A DNA stretch of 64,000 nt from Victivallales bacterium (GCA_045114235.1 JBGUKB010000038.1:971-64970), one strand, 5' to 3'; shown: positions 8,113-17,692, numbered from the stretch's first letter. The notes: generated from the sequence alone by a model not told the origin. Numbers and translations: made by a program.

Positions 8113-8701
8113 TCCACTGGAAATAATCGAGCCCGGGCGGCGGACTGAATGGTTCGCCGCTTTCTTTTGCACGTTCCAGCAGGAAGACCGCGGCGAATTC
8201 CATCGGTTCGAGGCCGTGCAGCTTCATTGCACGGTCGGCGAATGCGGAGCGTTCCTCCGTCAAAATGACAATCGCACGTTCGGCGTCTCCTGCGGCCAGG
8301 ACCATGTCCGCGAGCTGAAGAACGCGGACATGGAGGCGGTCGAATCCGGCGAGCGAGAAGACCGGGACCTTCATGCCGAACCGGATGGCTGCCGCGCCGG
8401 GGACGGCGTTGTGGACGGAGCACGAGAACGATACGGGGCCGATCTGGTCCTCGGGGAAGTCGATCAAGTCGTTCTGGAGCGCCGTGATCCGGCTCTGCAC
8501 GCCGAGCATGCTGCCGAACAGCAGAGGTGCGTCGTCCGGGCGGCATTCGAGACGGTCGAGCGCGGAGAGGACCGCCGCCGTCATCCGGTCGGAACGCCGT
8601 CCGAGTCCGAGGCGGGCGCGTTCGGCGCGGAGATAATCGTCGTCCCAGCGCAAATCCGCGCCGGGGGCGGTGAAGGAGGATGCGATCAGATGAAGCGCCA
8701 T
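8090..8701 (-). CDS. Ketosynthase N-terminal-like protein (CLF-like partner), last gene of the lipid cluster
   Basis: 203 aa, lying 3 nt downstream of a KS gene. It resembles the KS N-terminal half (SCSVHNAVPGAAAIRFGMKVPVFSLAG) but lacks the active-site Cys context. This matches the short KS-like proteins seen in aryl-polyene clusters. Confidence 0.6.
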   Translation of the reverse strand: MALHLIASSFTAPGADLRWDDDYLRAERARLGLGRRSDRMTAAVLSALDRLECRPDDAPLLFGSMLGVQSRITALQNDLIDFPEDQIGPVSFSCSVHNAVPGAAAIRFGMKVPVFSLAGFDRLHVRVLQLADMVLAAGDAERAIVILTEERSAFADRAMKLHGLEPMEFAAVFLLERAKESGEPFSPPPGLDYFQWIRSLLSV

Positions 8702-8704
8702 GGT

Positions 8705-9916
8705 TCAGTCCAGCCTTTCCGCAATGAGGACGGTGTCCGTGCCGCCGAACGCCAGCGAGGAGGATGCCGCGAAGCGTGTTTCAGGAGGAAGATTCAACGG
8801 CGAGGTCAGCGGCGCGCATGCGAGCGCGGGATCGGGCGTTTTGCAGCCCGGACTTGCCGGGACGAAGCCGTCGCGCAGCATGAGCATGGTGAAGATGAGT
8901 TCGAGCGTGCCGGCGGCGCCGAGCGTGTGCCCGGTGAAACGTTTCGTGGAGAGGAACGGTGGCGTGGAAACTCCGGCTTCTTCCGCCAGCCCGGCGAACG
9001 CCGCGGCCTCGCATTGGTCGTTCAGGACGGTTCCCGTGCCGTGCGCGTTGATGAACGCGATGTTGCCGAGCGCAAGCCCGGCGCGCGCCAGAGCGTCGCG
9101 GAAGGCGCGTTTCATGCCGCCTCCGGTCGCATCCGGAGCGGTGATGTGCGAGGCGTCGCAGGACATACCGAATCCGCATAATGCGAACTCCGACTTCTTT
9201 CCGCGTTTCCCGGCGCATTCGGGCGTTTCCAGGGTCAGGACGCCCGCCCCTTCGCCGAGATTCAGCCCGGCGCGCGCGGAGTCGAACGGACGGCACGGGA
9301 AGGGCGAGGTCACGCCGAGCACGTGGAATCCGGCGACCGGGGTGCGGTGCAGTTCATCCGCGCCGGCCACGATCATGCGTTCGCACTGGCCGGAAAGCAG
9401 ACAGAGCGCGGCGATGGAAACGGCGTCCGCGCCGGAGGAACACGCATTGGAGACCGTATGAACCGGCCCGGTCAGCCCGTATTCGCGGGCGATCGCCTCC
9501 GCCGGATTGGAGTTCAGGAAGCATTCGACGGGAGCGTTCTCGTCCGTATCGGGTTTCTCCCTCAATCGTGCGTAATAGGCAGTATCCGTGAACTGGTGGG
9601 CGATGGTCGTGCCGACGACGCATCCGGTCACGGAGTTTCGGAGCGTGTCCGCCGTGAGCCCGGCGGTGTCCAATGCTTTCGGAAGAAGTGTGCGGATCAT
9701 GGCGAGCGTGCGGGGCTCGTCCGGTCCATTCTTGAAAGAATCGAGGTAAAATACCGGGTCGCTGATAGCGGAGTCGATCAGGTTACAGGCGCTTCGCGGC
9801 GTTTCGGGCGGGCGTTCGCCATGGAATAAACTCAGCGCCTCGGCGTCGGTCGATCCGGCGCAGGAAAGATGGGCGAAACCCGTCACGACGGGATCAAACG
9901 GCATTCTGTAGATCAT
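8705..9916 (-). CDS. Beta-ketoacyl-ACP synthase (KS-A)
   Basis: The Cys-His-His triad motifs are TVSNACSSGADAV, INAHGTGT and GHTLGAAG. The ATG at 9916 has GGGAGGA upstream and overlaps the upstream stop (ATGA). The track ORF 8705..10717 is an artefactual upstream extension. Confidence 0.9.
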   Translation of the reverse strand: MIYRMPFDPVVTGFAHLSCAGSTDAEALSLFHGERPPETPRSACNLIDSAISDPVFYLDSFKNGPDEPRTLAMIRTLLPKALDTAGLTADTLRNSVTGCVVGTTIAHQFTDTAYYARLREKPDTDENAPVECFLNSNPAEAIAREYGLTGPVHTVSNACSSGADAVSIAALCLLSGQCERMIVAGADELHRTPVAGFHVLGVTSPFPCRPFDSARAGLNLGEGAGVLTLETPECAGKRGKKSEFALCGFGMSCDASHITAPDATGGGMKRAFRDALARAGLALGNIAFINAHGTGTVLNDQCEAAAFAGLAEEAGVSTPPFLSTKRFTGHTLGAAGTLELIFTMLMLRDGFVPASPGCKTPDPALACAPLTSPLNLPPETRFAASSSLAFGGTDTVLIAERLD

Positions 9917-10827
9917 GTGCGGTCCTCCCAGACGTTTTCGAACAGGAAGCAGTCGTACGGATGTTCCATCGCCATGCGCTCGAGGTCGGCGGCGTAGCGC
10001 TGGACGTCCTCCTGAAACTTGATGCCGGATGCGCCGCGTGCGGGGCGTTTCGGACGTATGACGGTCCCGAATTCGAGCAGAAGGTCGCGGTAGGACTTCC
10101 CGCGCGTCAGGAAGAACGGCACGACCGGAGCGTGTGCTTTCGCCGCGAGGAAGAACGCAGCAACGGGGAATCGCGCGGTCTTTCCGAAGAACTGAACCGG
10201 CACGGAATCGGTCTCCAGGCAGCGGTCGCCCATGAGTCCGACGGCGCCGCCCGCGTCCAGCACCTCGAACGCCTCCAGCAGGCCGCCGAACGCTCCCGCT
10301 GTGTCGATGATGTGCATCGGGGCTGCCTCGCCGCCGTTGAACGCCCGGCTCTTGTCGACGTCGGCGTTCCGGTCCGGTTTCGCGACGAACGCCACCTCGC
10401 GGGTTCCGGCGTTCACGCAGTGCATGGCTGCCTGCCACGCGCCGAAATGCGAACACAGGAAGACGAGTCCGCCGGGGGCGTTTCGGACCGGTTCGAAGAC
10501 TTCCGGATTGCGTTCGCGCACTTTCGCCTGGCCGTTGGCAAGCGCCAGCGCCATGACGAGCGCCTCGCCCTGCGCCGTGAAGAGCCGCCACACATGGCGT
10601 TTCATACGGAGCCCGCGGGCGTCGGGAAAACGGTGCTTCAGATAGGGCAGGGCGCGTTGTTCCGCCTGCTTGTCGGTGAGCGCATATGTGAGCGCGATGA
10701 ACTTGACGAGGAAGCACGCCGCGCGGGGACCGAAGACGGACAGGATCCAGCGGAGGATCGCCGATCCGAGCTTGTTCCTGCGCGTGTCGCTCAGATTCGC
10801 GGCGGGTTGTGCTGTTTCGCGGCTCAT
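9913..10827 (-). CDS. LpxL/HtrB-family lipid acyltransferase
   Basis: The LCSHFGAWQ motif (HxxxW[EQ]) and overall length match lipid A biosynthesis lauroyl-acyltransferase-like proteins. The start is an ATGA overlap with the upstream GT gene. Confidence 0.75.
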   Translation of the reverse strand: MSRETAQPAANLSDTRRNKLGSAILRWILSVFGPRAACFLVKFIALTYALTDKQAEQRALPYLKHRFPDARGLRMKRHVWRLFTAQGEALVMALALANGQAKVRERNPEVFEPVRNAPGGLVFLCSHFGAWQAAMHCVNAGTREVAFVAKPDRNADVDKSRAFNGGEAAPMHIIDTAGAFGGLLEAFEVLDAGGAVGLMGDRCLETDSVPVQFFGKTARFPVAAFFLAAKAHAPVVPFFLTRGKSYRDLLLEFGTVIRPKRPARGASGIKFQEDVQRYAADLERMAMEHPYDCFLFENVWEDRT

Positions 10828-11990
10828 GAGCGGGCGCTCCTTCTGCGGATGATCGCTCGGCAGAGTTCGGCTGAGAAATACACGATGACGGCGAAGATCA
10901 GAGCGAAGACCGGAGCGAGGATGACGCTGCCGAGGAGCCATTCGAACCAGCGCAGATGGATTTCGTGGACCGTGCTGTGGAAGTTCAGGTCCTCCGGGAG
11001 CAGGAATTTTCCGTGACGCAGGTAGTACCCGAGCTCGATGCAGACGACCGGGCAGAACGGCGGCATGAACGGATGCTGCGCCATGACCGCCATGGCTTTG
11101 TTGAGGTGGAGCCGTGTCGCGACGTAGAGGATCAGGATCGTGCAGAACCCGTACGTCGGGTACACGGCGAGGAGCGCGCCGACGAACGCGGAAAAAGCGA
11201 GCCCGAGCGAGGAGGTGTTTTCCTTCACGAGCCAGTTCCAGAGTTCCTTCGGTTTCCAGAGGCGCGGATATTCGCGCGGGGCCTGCCGGAGCTTTTTGAC
11301 GCCGAACGGGACGAGGCGGCGGAACACCAGGCGCGTGTGCAGCCAGGTCATGCGCAGGTTGTCGCGGAAGGGATGGAAATGCGAGACGCGTTCGCCGGGC
11401 GGATCGTAGTGCGTGGAAATGGGAACTTCGGCGAGGTCGAGACCGGCCCACATGCAGCGCGTGAGGAGTTCGGTCTCGAACGTGTAGTGCAGCGAGGAGC
11501 ACTTGATTTGCGAGATGTATTTGAGGGGGTACGCGCGGAATCCGCTCTGCGAGTCGGAGATCTTTTTGCCGGTCTCGACGAGGAACCAGAAATTGGAGAA
11601 CATGCGCCCGAACTTGCTGCGCCCGGGGACGTTCGGCACGGAGAAATCGCGCACCCCGGCGACGAGCGTCCAGTCGTTCCGTTCGAGGGTCGGCAGGAAC
11701 CGCGGGATGTCCTCCGGGTCGTGCTGGGCGTCGGCGTCGAGCGTGATCATGTAGTCGTAGCCGCGCGGAGCGAGCGTACGGACGGCGGTGAGGAGCGCCG
11801 CGCCCTTGCCGAGGTTGCGCGGATGCCGGATGACCTCGATGTCCGTCCCGGCGTAGTATTCCGCCAGATCGATGTCCTCCGAACCGTCGTCGATCACGAG
11901 GACGTCGGGCATGACGGCGCGCGTGCGTTCGATCACGGCAGGGGCCGTGGAGGCATGGTTGAAAACGGGGATCACGCAGCAGCAGCGCAT
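10824..11990 (-). CDS. GT2 glycosyltransferase fused to a C-terminal polytopic membrane domain (DUF2062-like)
   Basis: The GT2 motifs are CVIPVFNHAS, VIDDGSED and TLDADAQH. The C-terminal 130 aa are hydrophobic (LGLAFSAFVGALLAVYPTYGFCTILILYV...). Confidence 0.8.
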   Translation of the reverse strand: MRCCCVIPVFNHASTAPAVIERTRAVMPDVLVIDDGSEDIDLAEYYAGTDIEVIRHPRNLGKGAALLTAVRTLAPRGYDYMITLDADAQHDPEDIPRFLPTLERNDWTLVAGVRDFSVPNVPGRSKFGRMFSNFWFLVETGKKISDSQSGFRAYPLKYISQIKCSSLHYTFETELLTRCMWAGLDLAEVPISTHYDPPGERVSHFHPFRDNLRMTWLHTRLVFRRLVPFGVKKLRQAPREYPRLWKPKELWNWLVKENTSSLGLAFSAFVGALLAVYPTYGFCTILILYVATRLHLNKAMAVMAQHPFMPPFCPVVCIELGYYLRHGKFLLPEDLNFHSTVHEIHLRWFEWLLGSVILAPVFALIFAVIVYFSAELCRAIIRRRSARS

Positions 11991-12009
11991 GAGGTCGTCC
12001 CCCCTGTCT

Positions 12010-12639
12010 TTACTCCGCGTGGAAAACGCGCCGGGCGAGGGTTTCAGGACCGGAATCGTCCGGGATCTCGAGCGATCCGCCGGGTTCCGCCAGCAGGACG
12101 GTCAGCTTGTCCGATTCGTAATGGCAGATCATCACACGCCGGATGCCCGGCATCTCGAAGAAGTTCGTGACCTCGTCCCAGAGAACGGGCCAGCGTCCGA
12201 GCGAATCCATGTAGAAACACGGTCCGGTGAGCTTGAGCGAGATCGCGGCTTCGCACGGCGGCGTGGTCGGGAGCGTGCCGACGAAAAGGTGTCCGCGCCC
12301 GAGGTGGCGTCCGTGCTCGCGATAGTCGTTGAAATAGTTCAGGTTCTGTTCGTGGCAGCCCTGCCGTCCGAAGTCGGCGACGGCGGTCTCGCGGACGGAA
12401 TCGACCTCGGCGTCGCGGTGCGCGAGGAGGGCGGCGAGGATGTACGTGCGGACCTTCGCGTCGCCGCGCCGGAAATTGTCGAGCCCGTAGACGTGCGGGA
12501 ACTCGTCCTGCGGTTCGGAGACTTTCGCCTTGGCGTCCTGCGTGTCCTCGCCCATGTAGACGAGGCCGCGCCGCCAGGTGCGGAAGGAAAGGCCGTCGGC
12601 CGTGACGCCGCCGATGATATGCCAGGGATATGCGCTCAT
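12010..12639 (-). CDS. KS-like/CLF-like protein of unknown function
   Basis: 209 aa, with an ATGA overlap with the upstream KS. A weak KS-N-like segment is present (LPTTPPCEAAISLKLTGPCFY). The track ORF 12010..12861 over-extends upstream. The functional call is an inference from position and weak similarity. Confidence 0.45.
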   Translation of the reverse strand: MSAYPWHIIGGVTADGLSFRTWRRGLVYMGEDTQDAKAKVSEPQDEFPHVYGLDNFRRGDAKVRTYILAALLAHRDAEVDSVRETAVADFGRQGCHEQNLNYFNDYREHGRHLGRGHLFVGTLPTTPPCEAAISLKLTGPCFYMDSLGRWPVLWDEVTNFFEMPGIRRVMICHYESDKLTVLLAEPGGSLEIPDDSGPETLARRVFHAE

Positions 12640-13745
12640 GATACGGCCTCCAGGATGATGACGGCGTTCAGGCCTCCGAATCCGGAGTTCATGCACAGGA
12701 CGCGCGGTTTTTCGAGTTTGCGGATTTCGGTGGAAACGTAGCGGGCGGCTTCCGGTTCGGGCGTGACGAGCGAGGTCTGGGGCGGGATCAGCCCGGTTTC
12801 CAGCATGCGGACGCCGACCACGGCTTCCACGAGCCCGGCTCCGGCGAGCGTATGCCCGCAAGCGCCCTTCACGGAGAGCATCGGCACGGAGCGTTCGCCG
12901 AACACGCGGCGGATCGCCTGAAGCTCCATGTCGTCGTTGTAGCGCGTCCCGGTGCCGTGCCCGATGACCGCGCCGATGTCGTCCGGGGTGAGCTCGGCTT
13001 CGTTCAGTGCGTGGACGATGGCTTCGGAGAGCGCTTCGCCGTGCGGCATGGGGGCGGTGATATGGACCGCGTCGCAGCTCATGCCGCCGGACGCGAGGAC
13101 CGCGCGCGGCTTCAGGCCGAGTTCGGCGGCCTTCTTCGCGGAGCAGATGTTGATGATGGACGCGGCGTCGCCGAGCAGAAGCCCGTCGCGGTTGCGGTCG
13201 TACGGACGCGCGATGGTCCGGGCGAGGGCGCGGAGCGTGGCGAAGCCGGAAAAAATGAACTCGCTGACGTAGTCGGTGCCGATCACGACCGCGGAATCGA
13301 GGCGGCCGCTGCGGATGTGGCGGTTCAGCGAGACGAACGCGGAGTTCGAGGACGCGCAGGCAGCGGAAACGATGCGTCCGCGGTCCTTTTCGCAGACCTT
13401 CAGGGCGCGTTCCAGCAGCATGTCGCAGGTGCAGCGGCGTTCGGGATTGTCGATGTATTCGATCTCGCCGACGGTGCTGGCGAGGAAAAGTTCGGCGTCG
13501 CGCGGCATCTTCTTCGCGGTCGTGGAGAGATAATCGAGGAAGAACCCGGGGATCTCCTGTGTGCCGTTCACGTCCGCGCCGGGAGCCATGGCGGCGAGGG
13601 CGGTGGAGAATTTGTCGTTGTGGAACCGGGAGCAGTCGGAGAACGCGGCGCGGTTGTTCAGGAGCCCGTTCCAGCAGGCTTCCACGCCGGGGCCGAACGC
13701 GGTGTACAGGTCGCAGTCGACGATCACGGGGGTGCGGTCATCCAT
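12636..13745 (-). CDS. Beta-ketoacyl-ACP synthase (KS-B)
   Basis: The KS motifs are VSAACASSNSAFV, IGHGTGT and CGHTLAGAG. 369 aa. Confidence 0.9.
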   Translation of the reverse strand: MDDRTPVIVDCDLYTAFGPGVEACWNGLLNNRAAFSDCSRFHNDKFSTALAAMAPGADVNGTQEIPGFFLDYLSTTAKKMPRDAELFLASTVGEIEYIDNPERRCTCDMLLERALKVCEKDRGRIVSAACASSNSAFVSLNRHIRSGRLDSAVVIGTDYVSEFIFSGFATLRALARTIARPYDRNRDGLLLGDAASIINICSAKKAAELGLKPRAVLASGGMSCDAVHITAPMPHGEALSEAIVHALNEAELTPDDIGAVIGHGTGTRYNDDMELQAIRRVFGERSVPMLSVKGACGHTLAGAGLVEAVVGVRMLETGLIPPQTSLVTPEPEAARYVSTEIRKLEKPRVLCMNSGFGGLNAVIILEAVS

Positions 13746-14220
13746 GATGGTACGCTCCTTCTTTCCAGCGGTTCAGAAACTCTTCCCAGAACGCCGGGAT
13801 ATGCCACAGCGGCGTGAAGTCGCGGGCGTCGATGAAGACCTGCGTGGTGCAGCCGGTCGCGGCGACGCGTCCGTCCTCCAGGCGCACGGCGTATTCGATG
13901 TTGATGCGCGGAGCGTCGGTCCAGATGAGCGCCGCGGAGGTGTGGAACACCGCGTCGCAGGGGAGCGGGATGCGGTAGTCATATTCGTCATGGTAGAAGA
14001 GCGCGGAGACGTGCTCCTCCTCCAGGCGGTCGTTGTCGAACCCGAAGCTGTGCGAAAGCTCGGTATAGGCTGCCTCGAAGAACTTCGCGTAGTTGCCGTG
14101 CCACGCGATCTTCAGGGGGTCGGATTCGCTGAACTGAAGCCGGCGCGTGACGCTGACTTCGAGCGGCGGCGGACCGCCGGGGATGCGTTCAAAATACTGC
14201 TTGAACTCAGGATGTCTCAT
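13738..14220 (-). CDS. 4HBT/YbgC-type hotdog thioesterase
   Basis: 160 aa from the ATG at 14220 (ATGA overlap). Hotdog-fold pattern: VTRRLQFSESDPLKIAWHGNYAKFFEAA. Confidence 0.7.
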   Translation of the reverse strand: MRHPEFKQYFERIPGGPPPLEVSVTRRLQFSESDPLKIAWHGNYAKFFEAAYTELSHSFGFDNDRLEEEHVSALFYHDEYDYRIPLPCDAVFHTSAALIWTDAPRINIEYAVRLEDGRVAATGCTTQVFIDARDFTPLWHIPAFWEEFLNRWKEGAYHHG

Positions 14221-14600
14221 ATCGCGCTTTCTTTGGGGGCGAAGACCAGTTTTGCCGCGGAGACGCGCCCGCCTTCGCCGTTCACGAACGAGGCGTTCGC
14301 GGCCCATGAGCCTTCCGTTTCGCCCGGTTCGAGCGTCAGCGCGAGCGTGACCGGCATGTCCGGCGTGATCAGGCGCAGATACTTGATGCGGCGGACGCCT
14401 GCGAGGCGGAGCGGACGCGCGAGACGGCGTTCGGCCAGGCGGCGGATGAAGGAAAGCTGGACGATTCCGGGCAGGATCGGATTGCCGGGGAAGTGTCCGC
14501 GGTAGCCGGAGAACGTGCCGGGGACGGAGAACGTGCAGGCGCCTTCGCCGTTTTCGCCGGCCTGATTGTAGATCGTGTCGATTTCATCCCAGATGGTCAT
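14217..14600 (-). CDS. FabZ/FabA-like 3-hydroxyacyl-ACP dehydratase (DH-1)
   Basis: The GHFPGNPILPGIV motif is present. 127 aa, hotdog size. Confidence 0.8.
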   Translation of the reverse strand: MTIWDEIDTIYNQAGENGEGACTFSVPGTFSGYRGHFPGNPILPGIVQLSFIRRLAERRLARPLRLAGVRRIKYLRLITPDMPVTLALTLEPGETEGSWAANASFVNGEGGRVSAAKLVFAPKESAI

Positions 14601-17600
14601 GGTTCGCTGTCCTCAAAAAGATCCGATACCGTCAGAATCAGACGATATCCGTGTTTATAATTGTCGTATACGATAATTTCAGGAAAAATAGTCGCATCTT
14701 TTACGATATACCGAAAGTACCAGGATTGCCAGTCGATAGTTTCGTTTTTAAAGTAACTTTTTCCCATAACGGGCAATTTCGTTCCCCAAAACTCGGTAGC
14801 AAGCTCCTCTTTGACGTCTCCGTCGCCGTCTCCGACGGGTTCCCGGCGGATGATCTTGCTGTTGTCTTTTACAATTTCTGTCGCGCCGGTTTTGACGCCG
14901 CGCCACGGGTCAAGACCGCCGAAGATATGGAAAAAGTCCGCAAGAATGAATCCGGCTGCCTCTTCCTCGTGCCCGTCCAGGAAGTCGATCGGCATGAACC
15001 AGTAGTCGGCGAGGGCGTCTTTCGTACCCGCCAGCTCGAAGATCTTGCCGCCGGACGGAGAAAACGCCGCCACGCGCAGTTCGCCGGAGCCGTCGTAGGA
15101 GACGGCGCACAGCGTGGCCTGTTTGAAGAACTTGTATTCGAAGGTGACTTTGCCTTGAAATGCGAACGGTTTCATCGGTCCGGCGGGCGGCTGGACCTTG
15201 TCGCGGTAAAGCGTCCATTCGGTCTCGGTCAATGGCGGGATCGGGTCGTATTCGTAGGGCAGGGAATGGCAGGCGGATGTAAGGAAGAGTAAAGAGGATG
15301 CGAGGACAAAGAGTATGGTTTTGAGCGAGGAAGAATGATTGTTTTTTTGTGCGAATCCGTGGCGGATGGACGGCAGAAGCAATGCGGCGGCTCCCCAGGC
15401 GGCGAGCACACCGGGGATCAGGGCGAATCCCGCTTCGTGCAGGAGAGGATGCCCCGCGAACGCGATGGTGAGTCCTCCAGCGGCGGTCGTGAGCGCGGAG
15501 GCGGAGATCGCGCGGAAAACGTACGGATTCGCGGAACGCTCGCTGCCGATCACGAAGACACCGTAGTCGATGGCGAGGCCGGAGAGCAGGACCAGCGAGA
15601 TCTCGGCGGCGAGATTCAGCGGCTTTCCGAGGACCGCGTATACAGCGCAGACGGTCAGGAGCGCCATCGCGACCGGGATCATCGCGCAGAGGCTGTCGTG
15701 CACGCTACGGAAGAAGAGGAACGCGATCACGAAGACCGAGAGCACGGCGAGGATCACGGGCAGCGTCGCAGCGGACTTCATGTCGGACACGATCTGTGCG
15801 GGGATGTCCGCGCGGGAGATGGCGACGGCTCCTAAGATGTCGTACGGGACAGGCCCGGCTCCGGGGCGGTGCTTGTTGGCGAGGGCCGACTGGGGCAGGA
15901 AGACCGCCGCATACCAGCCGCTGCCGTCCGCCGCGGGACGCAGGATGCGGTTCAGGACGGGAGTGAAGATTTCGGGATAGGAATCGAGGTCGGGCGATTC
16001 GAGGCCGTGTTTGAGCGAGGCGAGGAACGGATCGAAGGCGTCCGGCTCGAACCCTTCCTCTTCCGCGGCGGCGCGGAGCGATTCCGCAAAAGCATCATAA
16101 TCGAACGATTCGCGCCAGGAAGCGAGATTGATCTCCCAAATACTTTTCGTCGCGTCGAACGGCGGCGGAATCAGGAAAGACGGGGAGAACATCCTGTCCT
16201 CGATCTCAGGTTCCAGTTTGGAAAACTCATCGCAAATCAGTCCGGCGGACATCAGCGCTGTGTTCGCATCCTTGCCGGGCACAGCCAGAACCCCCTGCGC
16301 CGGGCCATCGAGGAAGAGACGTTCCACCGCGTCCGCCGTTTCGCTGAGCTTCTCCTGCGCGGCGTCGAACTGGCGGAGGTCGGTTCGGACCGTGAGCCGC
16401 AGGGCCGCGAGGATGGCGAACAGTGCCATTAGCCCGAAACAGATGCCGCAGGCAAGCTTCGGCGAAAATGTCTTCAGCGGGCGCGGTTTCGGCAGAGGCT
16501 TTTTTGTGCGGATCAGGATGGACGGGAACAGCAGAAGCGTGAGCAGAAGACTGGCGAGCAGGCTGATCCCGATGAACACGCCGAACTGCCGCACGCCGGG
16601 AATCGGCGTCAGGGCGAGCAGCAGGAAGACCGCAGCCGAGGTCGCCGCGCCCGTCAGCAGGGACGGTGCGATGCGGATCAGACGCCGCACGGGGCAGGGC
16701 GTCTGCATGGTCATGTAGACGTGCACGCCGTAATCGACGGCCAGACCGATCACGAGCCCGCCTGTGGCCGTCACGAAGAGCAGGACGGGTTCGCCGGGGA
16801 TCGCGAGGAGGCCGACGGCGGCGAGCGAGACGATCGCGGGGAAGACCGGAATGGCCAGTGCGCGCAGGTCGCGGCGGAAGAGCAGCAGGATCGCGGGCAG
16901 AAAGAGCAGGATGGAGAGGATGCACGCGAGCTTCACGTCCGACTTGATGACGCGTTCGTTTTCGATGGAGTGGGCGTGGGCGAGCAGAAGGTCGGCGCGG
17001 ATGCCGGACAGCGGGTGTTTCGCGAGGACGCTTTCGAGGTCGTCCATGAGCCTCCGTCCGCCGACCGTGTCGGCTGCGGAAACATCCATTTCGAGCAGAA
17101 GCAGACGGTGGAGACCGTCCGGGGAGACGATGGCGGTTTCGCCGTCCTTCAGGCGGAACGACGAGGCGGAACGGAATTGTTCGAGCGTGGCGAGTTTCGA
17201 TGCGGCAAATCCGGTCGGATCGGCAAGCACGAGCGACGCGAATCCGCCGAGCAATATCTTGCGTTTGACATTCGAAACGATTTCCGCGGCATCAAGCCCG
17301 GAAAACGGCTGGAACTGCGGGATCCATTCCTGGAAAGAAGCGAGGGTGGCGGGCAGGTCATCCGGCAGAAACCGGTTGTCGACGCGCGTGATGCCTGGGA
17401 TGGATGCGATCTCGTCGGCGATACGGTCGATCTCGGAAGACGCGGCGTCGAGCTGTTCCTCCGTGTCCGCGGTGAACAGAACGGCGGACTGATTGAATAA
17501 ACCTGAATTCAGGAGGACGGCGCATGCCTGTTCGGATCTGCTGCCGGAGGGGAGCATGCGCGTGATGTCGGCGCTGAACGACGCGGTGAGGATGGGGAGC

Positions 17601-17692
17601 GCGGCGAGGACAAGCGCGAGAATCGACAGGAACGCCGCGAGGACCGGGCGTCTCAAACCGAACAATATGACGCGCCGTAAAAGGGATTTCAT
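14597..17692 (-). CDS. MMPL/RND-type exporter with a fused C-terminal lipoprotein-like domain
   Basis: 1031 aa. There are two blocks of TM helices with AVDYGVHVYM / AIDYGVFVIG motifs typical of MMPL-type transporters in aryl-polyene clusters. The last 240 aa or so form a separate soluble module preceded by a lipobox-like LFLTSAC. Confidence 0.85.
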   Translation of the reverse strand: MKSLLRRVILFGLRRPVLAAFLSILALVLAALPILTASFSADITRMLPSGSRSEQACAVLLNSGLFNQSAVLFTADTEEQLDAASSEIDRIADEIASIPGITRVDNRFLPDDLPATLASFQEWIPQFQPFSGLDAAEIVSNVKRKILLGGFASLVLADPTGFAASKLATLEQFRSASSFRLKDGETAIVSPDGLHRLLLLEMDVSAADTVGGRRLMDDLESVLAKHPLSGIRADLLLAHAHSIENERVIKSDVKLACILSILLFLPAILLLFRRDLRALAIPVFPAIVSLAAVGLLAIPGEPVLLFVTATGGLVIGLAVDYGVHVYMTMQTPCPVRRLIRIAPSLLTGAATSAAVFLLLALTPIPGVRQFGVFIGISLLASLLLTLLLFPSILIRTKKPLPKPRPLKTFSPKLACGICFGLMALFAILAALRLTVRTDLRQFDAAQEKLSETADAVERLFLDGPAQGVLAVPGKDANTALMSAGLICDEFSKLEPEIEDRMFSPSFLIPPPFDATKSIWEINLASWRESFDYDAFAESLRAAAEEEGFEPDAFDPFLASLKHGLESPDLDSYPEIFTPVLNRILRPAADGSGWYAAVFLPQSALANKHRPGAGPVPYDILGAVAISRADIPAQIVSDMKSAATLPVILAVLSVFVIAFLFFRSVHDSLCAMIPVAMALLTVCAVYAVLGKPLNLAAEISLVLLSGLAIDYGVFVIGSERSANPYVFRAISASALTTAAGGLTIAFAGHPLLHEAGFALIPGVLAAWGAAALLLPSIRHGFAQKNNHSSSLKTILFVLASSLLFLTSACHSLPYEYDPIPPLTETEWTLYRDKVQPPAGPMKPFAFQGKVTFEYKFFKQATLCAVSYDGSGELRVAAFSPSGGKIFELAGTKDALADYWFMPIDFLDGHEEEAAGFILADFFHIFGGLDPWRGVKTGATEIVKDNSKIIRREPVGDGDGDVKEELATEFWGTKLPVMGKSYFKNETIDWQSWYFRYIVKDATIFPEIIVYDNYKHGYRLILTVSDLFEDSEP
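14600..15325 (-). other. Lipoprotein-like module fused in frame to the MMPL exporter
   Basis: The segment LKTILFVLASSLLFLTSAC|HSLPYEY resembles a signal peptide plus lipobox (Cys codon at 15269-15271). No ATG/GTG/TTG lies between the last MMPL helix and this segment. An A7 run (15342-15348) lies just upstream. Confidence 0.6.

Noticed and set aside
8705-10717. Long N-terminal extensions of track ORFs (8705..10717, 9913..11502, 17689..19530, 40998..42725, 22776..23516, 12010..12861 and 43477..44202)
   Set aside because: The extensions overlap the preceding well-supported gene in another frame. Internal ATGs with an SD and/or ATGA stop-start overlaps give proteins of canonical length.
15342-15348. 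A7 homopolymer as a programmed frameshift site separating MMPL from the lipoprotein module
   Set aside because: Neither a +1 nor a -1 shift produces a nearby stop together with a usable start for a separate lipoprotein gene. It is kept only as a caveat under the fusion finding.
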